Positions 47,712 to 57,902 of a DNA stretch of 64,000 nt are shown piece by piece. The stretch comes from Pseudomonadota bacterium (GTDB taxonomy: Bacteria > UBA10199 > 2-02-FULL-44-16 > JAAZCA01). Position 1 is the first letter of the stretch; the number at the start of each line of letters is the position of its first letter. The position numbers and the translations under genes were made by a program. Location of the stretch: positions 1-64,000 of the forward strand of contig JAZDOG010000020.1 of the NCBI GenBank assembly GCA_043798915.1, read 5' to 3'. A model generated the notes under the pieces. It saw only the letters and a program-made list of their open reading frames with translations. It searched no databases and was not told where the DNA came from.

Positions 47712-48817
47712 TCCCATTATCCGTCATAGACGTAGGGGACGAGGAGCTGAGGGCCGTAAAAGAGGTGCTCGATTCAGGCTGGTTGACCGAGGGCGTCAAA
47801 AACAGGGAATTTGAAGAACGATTCGCCGAATATATAGGCGTCAAAAAGGCGGTCGCCCTGAATTCCTGCACTTCGGCACTTTTCCTGGCTGTCAAAGCCC
47901 TGAATATCACAGGGGAAGTCATTTTGCCCAGCTTCACATTTGTCGCCTCCGCCAACGCAGTGGTCACGGCTGGGGCCATGCCGGTTTTTGCCGACGTGAA
48001 TTACGAGACGTGCAATATCGACCCACACGACATAGAGAAAAAAATCACCAAAAGGACGCAAGCGATCATGCCGGTCCATTTTGGCGGTCTCCCGGCCGAG
48101 ATGGAAGCGATCGTCGGGATAGCCCGGAAACATAATTTGCGCATCATCGAGGATTCCGCTGAGACTATCGGCGGTGAATACGGCGGAAAAAAAACCGGCA
48201 GCTATGACATAGGTTGCTTCTCTTTCTTTCCAACCAAAAGCATGACCACTGGAGAGGGGGGCATGCTGACCACCGGCGACGCCGATCTCTCGGAGAAGAT
48301 AAAAACACTGGCAGGTCATGGTGTTTCAAAAGGCGATCATAAAAACAAAAAAGGGGAAAAGCCGTGGTCCAGGGAGGCTGTTCTTGCGGGCTACAATTTC
48401 CGGATGAGCGATATCCTCGCCGCCATAGGTGTCGAGCAGCTCAAAAAAATTGAAAAAATGAACAGCCTGAGGAGACAGCATGCAGGATATTTGACTGCTG
48501 GCCTTGCCGGGCTGGGCATCGATCTGCCGGTGGAGAGCGCCGGCTGCAGGCACGTCTATCAGATGTACACTGTTAAAACGGGCAGAGAAAGAGACCGGGT
48601 TGTTTTGAGGTTGAGGGAAATGGGCGTGGGCGCGTCCGTTCATTTTGATCCGCCGGCTCACCTGCAGCCGTATTACATGGATAACTTCGGATGCAGGAGG
48701 GGCGACCTGCCGGCAACCGAGCGATTGGCGGACTCTATATTGACCCTGCCGATGTATCCGCAGATGAAAAGGCCGGATCTCGATTTTATAATCTCCGCCA
48801 TGAAGGAGGTCCTGTGA
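47708..48817 (+). CDS. DegT/DnrJ/EryC1/StrS aminotransferase
   Basis: NSCTSAL, IEDSAE, FSFFPTKSMTTGEGG, GYNFRM. Confidence 0.93.
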   Translation: MIPLSVIDVGDEELRAVKEVLDSGWLTEGVKNREFEERFAEYIGVKKAVALNSCTSALFLAVKALNITGEVILPSFTFVASANAVVTAGAMPVFADVNYETCNIDPHDIEKKITKRTQAIMPVHFGGLPAEMEAIVGIARKHNLRIIEDSAETIGGEYGGKKTGSYDIGCFSFFPTKSMTTGEGGMLTTGDADLSEKIKTLAGHGVSKGDHKNKKGEKPWSREAVLAGYNFRMSDILAAIGVEQLKKIEKMNSLRRQHAGYLTAGLAGLGIDLPVESAGCRHVYQMYTVKTGRERDRVVLRLREMGVGASVHFDPPAHLQPYYMDNFGCRRGDLPATERLADSILTLPMYPQMKRPDLDFIISAMKEVL

Positions 48818-49728
48818 TTGTGGACGACCATCGGAAATTCAACATGCCTTATGTTGTAGTCTTTGTGCCCGCGCACAACGAGGAGGGCTCGATCGGTCGG
48901 GTGATCGAGGCGATCGATAAGAGTTACCGCGGCGATGCCCCCCGCGACTATGTTTTGGATATCGTGGTGGTGGACGACGGATCCAGCGATGAGACTGCAC
49001 GGATAGCCAGGCAGATGAAGGTCAAGAGGGTCATCAGCCATCCGTACAATAGGGGTCTGGGGGCGGCCACAAGGACCGGGATGCAGGTCGCCTATGAGAT
49101 GGAAGCGGATGTCGCCGTCAAGATAGACGCCGACTTTCAACACGATCCTGAGGATATCGAGCGCGTTATCCGTCCGATTCTTGAGGACAGGGCTGACTGC
49201 GTGTTCGGCTCAAGATTTCTCGGGGGCCTTCAATACAAGATGCCATTGTACCGCTCTCTGGGGAATAAATTTTTCGGCTGGATGACGGGCACGATCATCA
49301 AGCAAAAGGTCACGGACGGGCAGACCGGCCTGATGGCATTCAACAGGAGATATCTTTCGAGATTCACAATTTTAAGGGATTACAACGAAACCCAGCAGCT
49401 GATCATAGATTCCTGGGGGAAGGGCATGAGGGTCATAGAGGTCTCGGTGCTGTTTCACAAGCGCGTTTCCGGACAATCATTTATCTCCTGGAAATATCCC
49501 CTTGAAGTCATCCCTTCGATTCTAAGGGCCTGCGCGCATGCAAACCCTTTAAGGGTATTCCTGACTCTGGGGCTTGCGGTGACGCTGACCGGAGTGCTCA
49601 TCGCTGCCGCGTGGATCTCCGGCTTGACTCGGTTTCCTGGAGATGCCGCCGCCTCGATACTGATCGTCGTGGGGGCGCAGATAATCCTTTTTGGTTTTCT
49701 TGCCGATATCATCAAATTCAATCGCTAG
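48814..49728 (+). CDS. glycosyltransferase family 2 (polyprenol-phosphate type)
   Basis: VPAHNEE, VDDGSSD, IDADFQH; two C-terminal TM helices; AAGGAGGT RBS before GTG. Confidence 0.9.
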   Translation: MIVDDHRKFNMPYVVVFVPAHNEEGSIGRVIEAIDKSYRGDAPRDYVLDIVVVDDGSSDETARIARQMKVKRVISHPYNRGLGAATRTGMQVAYEMEADVAVKIDADFQHDPEDIERVIRPILEDRADCVFGSRFLGGLQYKMPLYRSLGNKFFGWMTGTIIKQKVTDGQTGLMAFNRRYLSRFTILRDYNETQQLIIDSWGKGMRVIEVSVLFHKRVSGQSFISWKYPLEVIPSILRACAHANPLRVFLTLGLAVTLTGVLIAAAWISGLTRFPGDAAASILIVVGAQIILFGFLADIIKFNR

Positions 49729-49742
49729 ATGGGAAAGGCGGA

Positions 49743-51119
49743 ATGAACATGAAGTTTTTTTCAACAAGACAGGGGATGATCGTTTTTGTTCTGGGGTTCC
49801 TCATGGTGATGGTGATGGCCTTTTGCTTCAGGTGGGCGCCCATTTACGATGCTGCGCAATACGAACATCTCGGCTGGAACCTCTCGCAGGGGAACGGGCT
49901 TTCAAATTCCATCGCGCCGCCCTTTGTTCTGACGGCCGATCGCGAGCCTCTGTACCCGTTTTTTATCAGCATCATTTACAGAATATTCGGGCGCCATTAC
50001 GGGTGTGTCTATATTGCGCAGGGTTTCCTCGTCGCCCTCTCCTCCTTGTTGACATTCAAGCTGGCCGGGCGCTTTTTTTGCCAGCGCATAGCCTTCCTGG
50101 CCGGCATCCTTGTGGCGGCAGACCCCACCATCTCGGGTTTTGCCGGCCAGTTCTGGACAGAGTCGCTTGCTCTTTTTCTCCTGATCTCCTTCATCTATAT
50201 GATGGCTGTCTTCAAGGAAGAGCGTCCATTTCTCTTTGCGCTATCAGGAGGCGCGCTGATTGGCCTTCTGACTCTTTGCCGCGCCGTGTTTATGCTCATG
50301 CCTCTGGCCGTTGCGGCGTTGTTGATCTTTTCAAAACATCAGCCGTTGAAAAAGCGGCTGCTTCAGGTTGTCGCGCTGATGGCCGCCTTCACAATTATCG
50401 TGGGGCCCTGGATATATCGAAACAAAAAGGAATTCAATGTTCCGTCCATCACGACTCGCTCTGGCCATCTGCTTCTGTGGCGGGCCTTGAGGACAGAGTA
50501 CACGCCGAAGGATATGCTGATACATCTTTCATATGGTGCCTCCGACACTCTGGGACGCAGGCTTTTTCCCGGTGAATATTCACGGATGTCGGTGAGGGGT
50601 GTCTGGGGGCCTGAAAATATATATGAGAAGGGCGCAAGGATGTATCTTGACTATCTTGCCAGGGGGTATTCCGAATTTGAAGCGGATCGCATGCTTCAAC
50701 TCGAAGCCGTCAATATTATCAAAAAGCACCCGGCCATGTATGTGCTTCAGTCCTTTCTGGAATTGTGGAAGCTTTCTTTCTTTGAAGTCGTCCCTTTTGC
50801 ATATTCAGACAAGTACAAACAGCTGATGCAGGGCGGGGCAACATTTTATGTCATAGGAAAAATGCTTCGCGTGGGGCTTCGTTATTATTACTCATGGCTG
50901 ATCATCGCCCTGGCTGCTGTGGGTTTAATCAGAGGCCACCGCAGTCTGGATGGCAGGAAATCGGTATTTCTGCTGCCGATAGTTTATGTGATTATCACCG
51001 CCATGCCTTTAAATGCCGGCCCGAGATACCTGTGTCCGGCCCTGCCATTTATCATGATCTTTGCCGCAGCGGCGTTTTTTGATCAAGACCTGTCCGGTTT
51101 TAAGGAGCGTAGCCCGTAA
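49743..51119 (+). CDS. GT-C (ArnT/GT39-like) glycosyltransferase, paralog B
   Basis: DAAQYEHLGWN, REPLYPFF, PWIYRN; colinear with 42151-43575. Confidence 0.8.
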   Translation: MNMKFFSTRQGMIVFVLGFLMVMVMAFCFRWAPIYDAAQYEHLGWNLSQGNGLSNSIAPPFVLTADREPLYPFFISIIYRIFGRHYGCVYIAQGFLVALSSLLTFKLAGRFFCQRIAFLAGILVAADPTISGFAGQFWTESLALFLLISFIYMMAVFKEERPFLFALSGGALIGLLTLCRAVFMLMPLAVAALLIFSKHQPLKKRLLQVVALMAAFTIIVGPWIYRNKKEFNVPSITTRSGHLLLWRALRTEYTPKDMLIHLSYGASDTLGRRLFPGEYSRMSVRGVWGPENIYEKGARMYLDYLARGYSEFEADRMLQLEAVNIIKKHPAMYVLQSFLELWKLSFFEVVPFAYSDKYKQLMQGGATFYVIGKMLRVGLRYYYSWLIIALAAVGLIRGHRSLDGRKSVFLLPIVYVIITAMPLNAGPRYLCPALPFIMIFAAAAFFDQDLSGFKERSP

Positions 51120-51135
51120 GGGCTATGTCTGATTC

Positions 51136-51888
51136 ATGATATTCATAATCCTTCCCGCCTACAATGAAGAGAAACATGTTTCATCTCTGCTTCAAATGAT
51201 CGACTTGAGTCTAAAGGAATACAGCCATGAATATAAGGCCATTTTAGTGGATGATGGTTCAACGGATGACACGGTCAAGATCGCAAGATCGTTTGGGGGG
51301 CTGATGCCTGTCGCGGTCATTTCCCACGACAAAAATATGGGATTGGGTGAGGCCATCAAAACGGGTCTCGTTCATGTCGTTCAAGCGGCTGTTGACAATG
51401 ATGTCATAATCACGATGGACGCGGACAACACACACGCCGCCGGCCTCATCATGCGCTTGAACCGCAATATCTGGGAGGGATGCGATGTGGTGATTGCCTC
51501 TCGCTATGTAAAGGGGGCTCAGGTCATTGGGGTCCCGCTCTCAAGAGGGTTCTTGAGCCTTGGGGCGAACATTTTGTTAAGAGTCCTTTTTCATATTCGA
51601 GGGATACGGGATTACACATGTGGTTACCGTGCTTATCGGGTCTCTTTATTGAAGAAGGCGTTTGAAAAATACGGCGATATATTCGTATCGGAATCGGGAT
51701 TTTGCTGCCAGATAGACATCCTGCTTAAATTGAGGGCATTTCAGCCTGTTATCAGCGAGGTGCCTATCATCTTAAGGTATGACCATCGCAAGGCCATATC
51801 GAAAATGAATGTAAAACAAACGATCAAGGACACATTAAAGTTAATATCCAAACAATTCTTCAAAACCAGCCACCATTCCGATCAATAA
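51136..51888 (+). CDS. glycosyltransferase family 2 (DPM-synthase-like)
   Basis: LPAYNEE, VDDGSTD, MDADNTH, DYTCGYRAY. Confidence 0.92.
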   Translation: MIFIILPAYNEEKHVSSLLQMIDLSLKEYSHEYKAILVDDGSTDDTVKIARSFGGLMPVAVISHDKNMGLGEAIKTGLVHVVQAAVDNDVIITMDADNTHAAGLIMRLNRNIWEGCDVVIASRYVKGAQVIGVPLSRGFLSLGANILLRVLFHIRGIRDYTCGYRAYRVSLLKKAFEKYGDIFVSESGFCCQIDILLKLRAFQPVISEVPIILRYDHRKAISKMNVKQTIKDTLKLISKQFFKTSHHSDQ

Positions 51889-51917
51889 AGGCTCGAAGGC
51901 GATAAAAAACGAAACAT

Positions 51918-52838
51918 ATGAATGAAAAAAATCTAAAATGTCCTGTTTGTAATTCTAAAAATATAATCATCAAATATAGAGAAGGGAAAGAAAAACCAAG
52001 CTTGGAGATAGGGTATGCCCGTGCCGGGGTAATTTCAGAATTATATAAATGCAAAGGATGCGGTGTTAAATTCACAAATGTTTTAATTAATTTTGATAAA
52101 AATATTTATGCTTCTGGCAATGATGTAATTTATAAAAGATCGGAGCGTGCCAGAAAGTTAACATTTAAAAAAGATATTGAAAACCTCTTAAAGAAATTTA
52201 GAGGCGCAAAGGGAGGTATTTTAGACGTCGGCTGCGGACCGGGCTATTTTTTAGAAATTGTTAAAGAAAAAGGATTTAAGGCCGATGGGATTGATCTTTC
52301 AACTGCAGATTGTGCCGAAGCCAATTCAAAAGGATTGAACGTTTATTGCACAGATTTCATGAATTTCTGTGAAAAGAATAAAGACAAAAAATATGATTTA
52401 ATTACAATGTGGGATTTTATAGAACACGTTGAAAATCCTCAAGAGGTAATGGTTAATTGTCATAATATTCTTAATATTGACGGCAAATTAGTAATAAGCA
52501 CGCCTGACGCAGGAAGTTTATTTGCAAAAATAATGGGCAGAAGATGGTGGAATCTTCTGAGCATGCATCTATTATATTTTAATAAAAGAAGCATAAAATA
52601 CCTTCTTGAAAACAATGGATTCAGGGTTTTGGATATTGGATCTTATTCCAGGATTTTAAATATCAAGCATGGTTTAAATTGGTTAAACAGATATCCTGGT
52701 TTGTTTAAAATTGCAGAGTTCTTTATAGCTTTATTGGGAATAGATAAGCTTAATCTGCCTCTTAATTTCTTTGATAGCATGATAGTCTACGCTGAGAAGA
52801 AAGAACCGCTATCCAAGCAAGGCCATCTTGCGCTTTAA
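51918..52838 (+). CDS. class I SAM methyltransferase with Zn-ribbon, AT-rich gene
   Basis: CPVC...CKGC; LDVGCGPG; WDFIEHV. Confidence 0.88.
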   Translation: MNEKNLKCPVCNSKNIIIKYREGKEKPSLEIGYARAGVISELYKCKGCGVKFTNVLINFDKNIYASGNDVIYKRSERARKLTFKKDIENLLKKFRGAKGGILDVGCGPGYFLEIVKEKGFKADGIDLSTADCAEANSKGLNVYCTDFMNFCEKNKDKKYDLITMWDFIEHVENPQEVMVNCHNILNIDGKLVISTPDAGSLFAKIMGRRWWNLLSMHLLYFNKRSIKYLLENNGFRVLDIGSYSRILNIKHGLNWLNRYPGLFKIAEFFIALLGIDKLNLPLNFFDSMIVYAEKKEPLSKQGHLAL

Positions 52839-53948
52839 TATCTTAAGGATCCTCTCGCATGCCCTTCCATCCCCAAAAGGATTCTTGCCGGTCGTTTTCG
52901 GGGGTCTATCCAGCCACTTCATGGCCAATGCAACGATGTCATCTTTTTTCGTTCCGACGATCCGCCCCATGCCGGAGGCTGCGAGCTCCGGGCGTTCAGT
53001 CCTTTTCCTCATCACTATCACGGGCACCCCAAATGACGGCGCCTCTTCCTGTATCCCGCCTGAATCCGTGAGCACGAGAGCGGAACGCGCGAGCAGATAT
53101 AGCAGCGGTTCGTATTCCAATGGTTCTACCAGATAGAGATGTTCGTGGTCAGAGAGTATCTTTCTCACAGTCCCGCGCACATTGGGGTTTGGATGGACGG
53201 GAAATACGCATCTGATGTCACAGCGGCTTTCTAAAAGTGAATGGATGGCATGGCAGATGGATTCCAGTTCCTTTCCAAAGCTCTCCCTCCTGTGGGCAGT
53301 TATGAGCACCAGCTTGCCGAAGGATTTTCCTGTCAGATTCAATTTGTACCTGTCCATGAAAAAATCGGTCCATTTTTTACTTTTCTTGGTGTCTTGAAGG
53401 CGGCGATTAATATATTTCAAGGAATCGACGACTGTATTGCCTGTCACAAATATTCGCTTGGATGAAATGCCCTCGTTCAAAAGGTTCTGCTTCGCGATAC
53501 TTGTCGGCGCGAAGCAGATGTCGGCCAGGCGGTCGATAAGAACTCTATTGATCTCCTCAGGAAATGGGTTGTCGAAATGGAAGGAACGCAGGCCCGCCTC
53601 CACGTGGGCGATTGGGATGCCCTTGTAGGCGGCAGCGATCGCTGTCATCACGGCTGTTGTGGTGTCGCCATGGACGATCACTAAAGAAGGCCTGGTCTTA
53701 TCCAGGAAGGGCCCTAGCTGACCGAGGGCTCGGCTTGAGAATCTGGTCAGATCTTGATCGTCCTCCATTAAGTCGAAATCGATATCAGGTTTGATCTCAA
53801 AGAGGTCGAGCACCTGATCCAGCAGATGACGATGCTGGGACGTGACGCAGACCGTAGTTAGGAATGACCTCTCCCTTTTTAATTTGAGAATCAGAGGGGC
53901 CAGCTTGATGGCCTCAGGCCTTGTGCCAAAGACGAAACATATCTTCAT
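52809..53948 (-). CDS. wecB: UDP-N-acetylglucosamine 2-epimerase (non-hydrolysing)
   Basis: GTRPEAIKLAP, HGDTTT, HVEAGLRS, HRRE, TDSGGIQEEAP, NPFGDG. Confidence 0.95.
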   Translation of the reverse strand: MKICFVFGTRPEAIKLAPLILKLKRERSFLTTVCVTSQHRHLLDQVLDLFEIKPDIDFDLMEDDQDLTRFSSRALGQLGPFLDKTRPSLVIVHGDTTTAVMTAIAAAYKGIPIAHVEAGLRSFHFDNPFPEEINRVLIDRLADICFAPTSIAKQNLLNEGISSKRIFVTGNTVVDSLKYINRRLQDTKKSKKWTDFFMDRYKLNLTGKSFGKLVLITAHRRESFGKELESICHAIHSLLESRCDIRCVFPVHPNPNVRGTVRKILSDHEHLYLVEPLEYEPLLYLLARSALVLTDSGGIQEEAPSFGVPVIVMRKRTERPELAASGMGRIVGTKKDDIVALAMKWLDRPPKTTGKNPFGDGRACERILKILKRKMALLG

Positions 53949-53980
53949 AGCTCAAAATCTCTTTCTAAAGGCCATCTTCA

Positions 53981-55669
53981 TTATTTATCAAGACGATATA
54001 GTTTAAAATGTGCAGTCTGCACCACAAGAGTCAAATTGAACGTCTGAAAAATCCTCTGATAGTCTGGAGCGAACTCATTATCAAAATAGCCTGAATAACT
54101 TGACAAAAAAAGCGGTTTTTTGTCTTCGAGGAGACCGCGCACAAGCTCATCCGTTGCCAACGGGACAGCCGGGGGAAATATTTTGCCCTTGAAGTAGAAT
54201 TGCAGATCGGCATAGGCCACGTTTGGCGAGACTGCGATAAATGTCACGTTTTTGGAACGTCCCACCTGATGCGTAAATAGTATCGGTTCGAAATCAGAAA
54301 TCAGGAAAGAACCATCCGGCAATTTATTCTTCATAAAGTCCAGATAATCCCGCTTGAGCGTTTCAAATGGCGGATGAGAGTATGAATAGGCGAAGGGAAT
54401 GAAGGTCAGGAGACCGATAAATATTACGGCTGGCGCTTTTTTAAAAAATCGGCCTATCCCTGCTGCCGCAGACAAGATTATGATCGGAGCGACGGGAAGC
54501 ATGTAACACGTGCTTTGTGAGAAGAGAAACACATGCGGCAGGTAATATGCCGCAAAAAAAATGGCAGAAAAAAAGAAAAAAGGTCTATCCCTTCGATAAA
54601 ACTGGACGAGTCCAAAGACAGCAAAGAGCCAGATGATAATTGCGAGAGCTATTTGATCGGGCCGAGCCGATAAAATAGTGGAGGGTTCCGCTCCTGTCGA
54701 GGAAATAAGGTTATATAATATATTTGAACTTGCTCCGTATGCTGGCCTGGAAGCGTAACTCAAGGAAAATGGTCTCTGGATATTGGCCGTGAAATGTGTC
54801 CAGTAAGAATAACCAGTGAGCAACGGCGAACCGAATTCTCTCCATTGATAATAAAAGAGTCCCGCCAATGGAATAATGGCGCCTAGCAAAAGACTTGCGC
54901 TCCTTTTAAGTTTGAATTCCCGCTCGTTCTGCATCAGGAGATAAACAACCGCCGCTGGTACCGCGGCTATGGCGAGATAACGGACGGCCGCCGCGAAACC
55001 AAGCAGGAAACCCGCGATCATCAGCTTTGCTGTGCCGGTCTTTTTATCGGCAAGCAAAAGCAATGCCCCTAAAACAAGAAACAGCGGCGCCATCATGGGC
55101 AATATAATCCGGCTATTGGAGATATGAAGGGGTGAAAACGAAAGGAGCAGAAGAGCCAGCAAGGCAGTTTGCTCATCCGCGATTTTCCGCCCCAAGCGAT
55201 ATATTATGAGGAGCGAAAGAATTCCCAAAAGAAGGGGGCAAAAAACACCCGCCCCAAGATCGCTGCCAAATACGAGGTAAAAAGGCGCAAGCATCATAGA
55301 AAAACCTGGGGCCTTGCTCATCGGGTGATCTGTCTGGTTAATAGGGACGGATAAGGTGCCCGAACTTATAAGCTCTGCCGCAGGAACGGCGTAGTGAACA
55401 CTGTCAAAACTTACCATCTCTTCAAATCCACGGCTAGCGGAAACGACCCTTAATAAAATCGCACTAATCAAAATGACACAATAAAACATCTTATTGATCC
55501 TGATCGAAGAAAATTTAAAGCGATGTTTCAAGAAAAAGAAGACAGTGAAGAGCAAAGCGGCAAGGACCAACCCCTTTTCAAGCAAGCGGAGCTGATAGAC
55601 AGTCCAGGGCAGGAGCTGATGGTCCAGGCTCAGATGTTTTTGAACGAAAAATTCAAGTGGATGCATCAT
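53981..55669 (-). CDS. GT-C (ArnT/GT39-like) glycosyltransferase
   Basis: DSVHY, PGFSMML, multiple TM helices, FGSPL..GY. Confidence 0.75.
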   Translation of the reverse strand: MMHPLEFFVQKHLSLDHQLLPWTVYQLRLLEKGLVLAALLFTVFFFLKHRFKFSSIRINKMFYCVILISAILLRVVSASRGFEEMVSFDSVHYAVPAAELISSGTLSVPINQTDHPMSKAPGFSMMLAPFYLVFGSDLGAGVFCPLLLGILSLLIIYRLGRKIADEQTALLALLLLSFSPLHISNSRIILPMMAPLFLVLGALLLLADKKTGTAKLMIAGFLLGFAAAVRYLAIAAVPAAVVYLLMQNEREFKLKRSASLLLGAIIPLAGLFYYQWREFGSPLLTGYSYWTHFTANIQRPFSLSYASRPAYGASSNILYNLISSTGAEPSTILSARPDQIALAIIIWLFAVFGLVQFYRRDRPFFFFSAIFFAAYYLPHVFLFSQSTCYMLPVAPIIILSAAAGIGRFFKKAPAVIFIGLLTFIPFAYSYSHPPFETLKRDYLDFMKNKLPDGSFLISDFEPILFTHQVGRSKNVTFIAVSPNVAYADLQFYFKGKIFPPAVPLATDELVRGLLEDKKPLFLSSYSGYFDNEFAPDYQRIFQTFNLTLVVQTAHFKLYRLDK

Positions 55670-55765
55670 GTTAAGGGTATCGCTAAAAACCGCATTTGCA
55701 AGGCAAAGTTTCTCCTAAGGAAATCATTGCCAAGGAGCCGCCTTTTAAGTATAAAGCCGTCGCTT

Positions 55766-56761
55766 ATGAAACGCGCCTTAATCACAGGGATAACCGGCCA
55801 GGATGGTTCTTATCTGGCAGAGCTTCTGCTGCAGAAGGGCTATAGTGTGTACGGCGTTGTTCGGCTTTCGCGCACCTATGGTTTTGAAAACATAAAAGGA
55901 ATCCTCGACCGGATCACGCTGCTTGATGCTGACCTGTTGGAGCACACATCGCTGACCGCTCTATTGGAAGATGTTGAGCCTGACGAGGTGTACAACCTGG
56001 GCTCATTGTCCTATGTGCCAACATCATGGAAGATGCCGGTATTGATGGCAGAGATAAATGCCGTTGGCGTCGGTCGCATCCTGGAAGCCATTCGGTGCGT
56101 GAATCCCAAAATAAGATTTTACCAGGCCTCCAGCAGCGAGATGTTTGGGGCTGTCAAGGAAGTTCCGCAAAACGAGGATACGCCGTTCAATCCGGTCAAC
56201 CCCTATGCGGTCGCGAAGGTCTATGGCCATCACATCACACGAATATACCGTGAGGCTTATGGTCTCAATGCCTGCAGTGGCATCCTTTTTAATCACGAAT
56301 CCCCGCGCCGCGGCCTGCAGTTTGTCACCAGAAAAGTAACCAGGGGCGTCGCACAGATCAAACTCGGGCAGGCCAAGGAGATATGCCTGGGGAATTTAGA
56401 AGCCAAGAGGGATTGGGGGTATTCCCCTGATTACGTGGAGGCGATCTGGATGATGCTGCAGCAGCGGAAACCCGACGACTACGTCATCGCAACCGGAAAA
56501 ACGCGCAGCGTCGAAGAACTGCTGGACTGTGCCTTTAGCTATATCCGCCGCCCATGGCGGGAACACGTCAGGATTGATCCAAAGATGAAAAGGCCAGTCG
56601 ATGTAAATCTGCTCGTGGGCGATGCGAGCAAGGCCAAACAGCATTTAAATTGGTCGCCGAAGAAGACTTTTCAAGAGATGATCTGGGAAATGGTAGAGGC
56701 TGACATCAGAGATCTCACCGATAATCGACAGGGTATGTCGCCCATCAGCACGGCCGGGTAA
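55766..56761 (+). CDS. gmd: GDP-mannose 4,6-dehydratase
   Basis: ALITGITGQDGSYLAE, FYQASSSEMFG, GILFNHESPRRG, FVTRK, KRDWG. Confidence 0.95.
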   Translation: MKRALITGITGQDGSYLAELLLQKGYSVYGVVRLSRTYGFENIKGILDRITLLDADLLEHTSLTALLEDVEPDEVYNLGSLSYVPTSWKMPVLMAEINAVGVGRILEAIRCVNPKIRFYQASSSEMFGAVKEVPQNEDTPFNPVNPYAVAKVYGHHITRIYREAYGLNACSGILFNHESPRRGLQFVTRKVTRGVAQIKLGQAKEICLGNLEAKRDWGYSPDYVEAIWMMLQQRKPDDYVIATGKTRSVEELLDCAFSYIRRPWREHVRIDPKMKRPVDVNLLVGDASKAKQHLNWSPKKTFQEMIWEMVEADIRDLTDNRQGMSPISTAG

Positions 56762-56771
56762 GGCGCGGCCG

Positions 56772-57902
56772 TCACGACCTGACCTGACAGCCGACTTTTT
56801 CCCGAGATGCCTTCAGGTAGATGGCCTTCAGAGTTTCGCAGTATAATCGATAATCGTATTTTTCTTCGATCAGGCGCCGGGCTTGCGCCCCGATATTGCC
56901 ACAGAGGCGGTTGTCCTCCAGAAGGCCGGCAATGGAACCTGCAAATTTATTAAAATCATCCTCGATTATTATATTCTCCCCATGCACTACATCCAGGCCC
57001 TCGGCGCCCTTGCTGGAAGACACGGTTGCCTTGCCCATGGCCATATATTCGAGAATCTTGAGCCTGCTGCCGGATCCATACCGGAGCGGCGCTATGCAGA
57101 CCCGCGCCTTCTGCACATAGGGGCGCACGTCCTCCACCCGGCCCAGAAATTTCACGTTGGGCGGCGCCGGCATATTCAATGACCCTCCACCCAATATGTG
57201 GAATTCGGCATTTACCCGCGGCGCTATATCCTCGCAGATGATGCGAACTGCGTCGATATTTGGAAAATAGATCAGAGAGCCCATAAACAGGACGATCCTG
57301 CCGTCGTTGGAGCTCGTTTGATATCTGTCTATGTCCAGGCAGTTGGGGATATAGCTGATGCGCCCTTTCAGCTGAGGCAACTTGCCCAGGATGATATCCC
57401 GATCGGCGGTCGAACAAACGATGACATGGGATGATCTGTTCAGCGCTGCAAGTTCATACTTGGTGGCGCGGCTGAGCAGCCATCCCTTCAGCGTTTTTTT
57501 TAAAGGGACCCGTCTGAGGGTGGGTCCTCGGTGCATTTCGTATTCCGCAAGCTTCCAATACACATTGTGTTCATCCAGGACAACCGGCACGCCCGGGAAC
57601 TGGGCCGCAAGAGCAAAGAGGGATGGATGCTCGACTTGGATGATGTCGGGCTGTTCATCGATCCCGATCGGTTTGAAGGAGGTCCGATAGTAACTGGTCA
57701 GCCGTTTGATTCTGGAGGACAACCCCTCGGGAAACAGCCGGTGATGAAATTTAACCCCGGCTATCGCCGGAACATCTGGATCAAAGGTGGAAAGCACAGA
57801 CACCTGCGCTATTTGCGAGCACATCTGTGCCAGACTATGGACCCGCAGCGGGAATCCACCCCCAAAAGGGTTGCAGCTGGTGGTTATGATGAGCACCTTC
57901 AT
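56772..57902 (-). CDS. glycosyltransferase family 4
   Basis: DEHNV, FMGSLIYFPN, GSGSRLKILEYMAMG. Confidence 0.9.
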   Translation of the reverse strand: MKVLIITTSCNPFGGGFPLRVHSLAQMCSQIAQVSVLSTFDPDVPAIAGVKFHHRLFPEGLSSRIKRLTSYYRTSFKPIGIDEQPDIIQVEHPSLFALAAQFPGVPVVLDEHNVYWKLAEYEMHRGPTLRRVPLKKTLKGWLLSRATKYELAALNRSSHVIVCSTADRDIILGKLPQLKGRISYIPNCLDIDRYQTSSNDGRIVLFMGSLIYFPNIDAVRIICEDIAPRVNAEFHILGGGSLNMPAPPNVKFLGRVEDVRPYVQKARVCIAPLRYGSGSRLKILEYMAMGKATVSSSKGAEGLDVVHGENIIIEDDFNKFAGSIAGLLEDNRLCGNIGAQARRLIEEKYDYRLYCETLKAIYLKASREKVGCQVRS

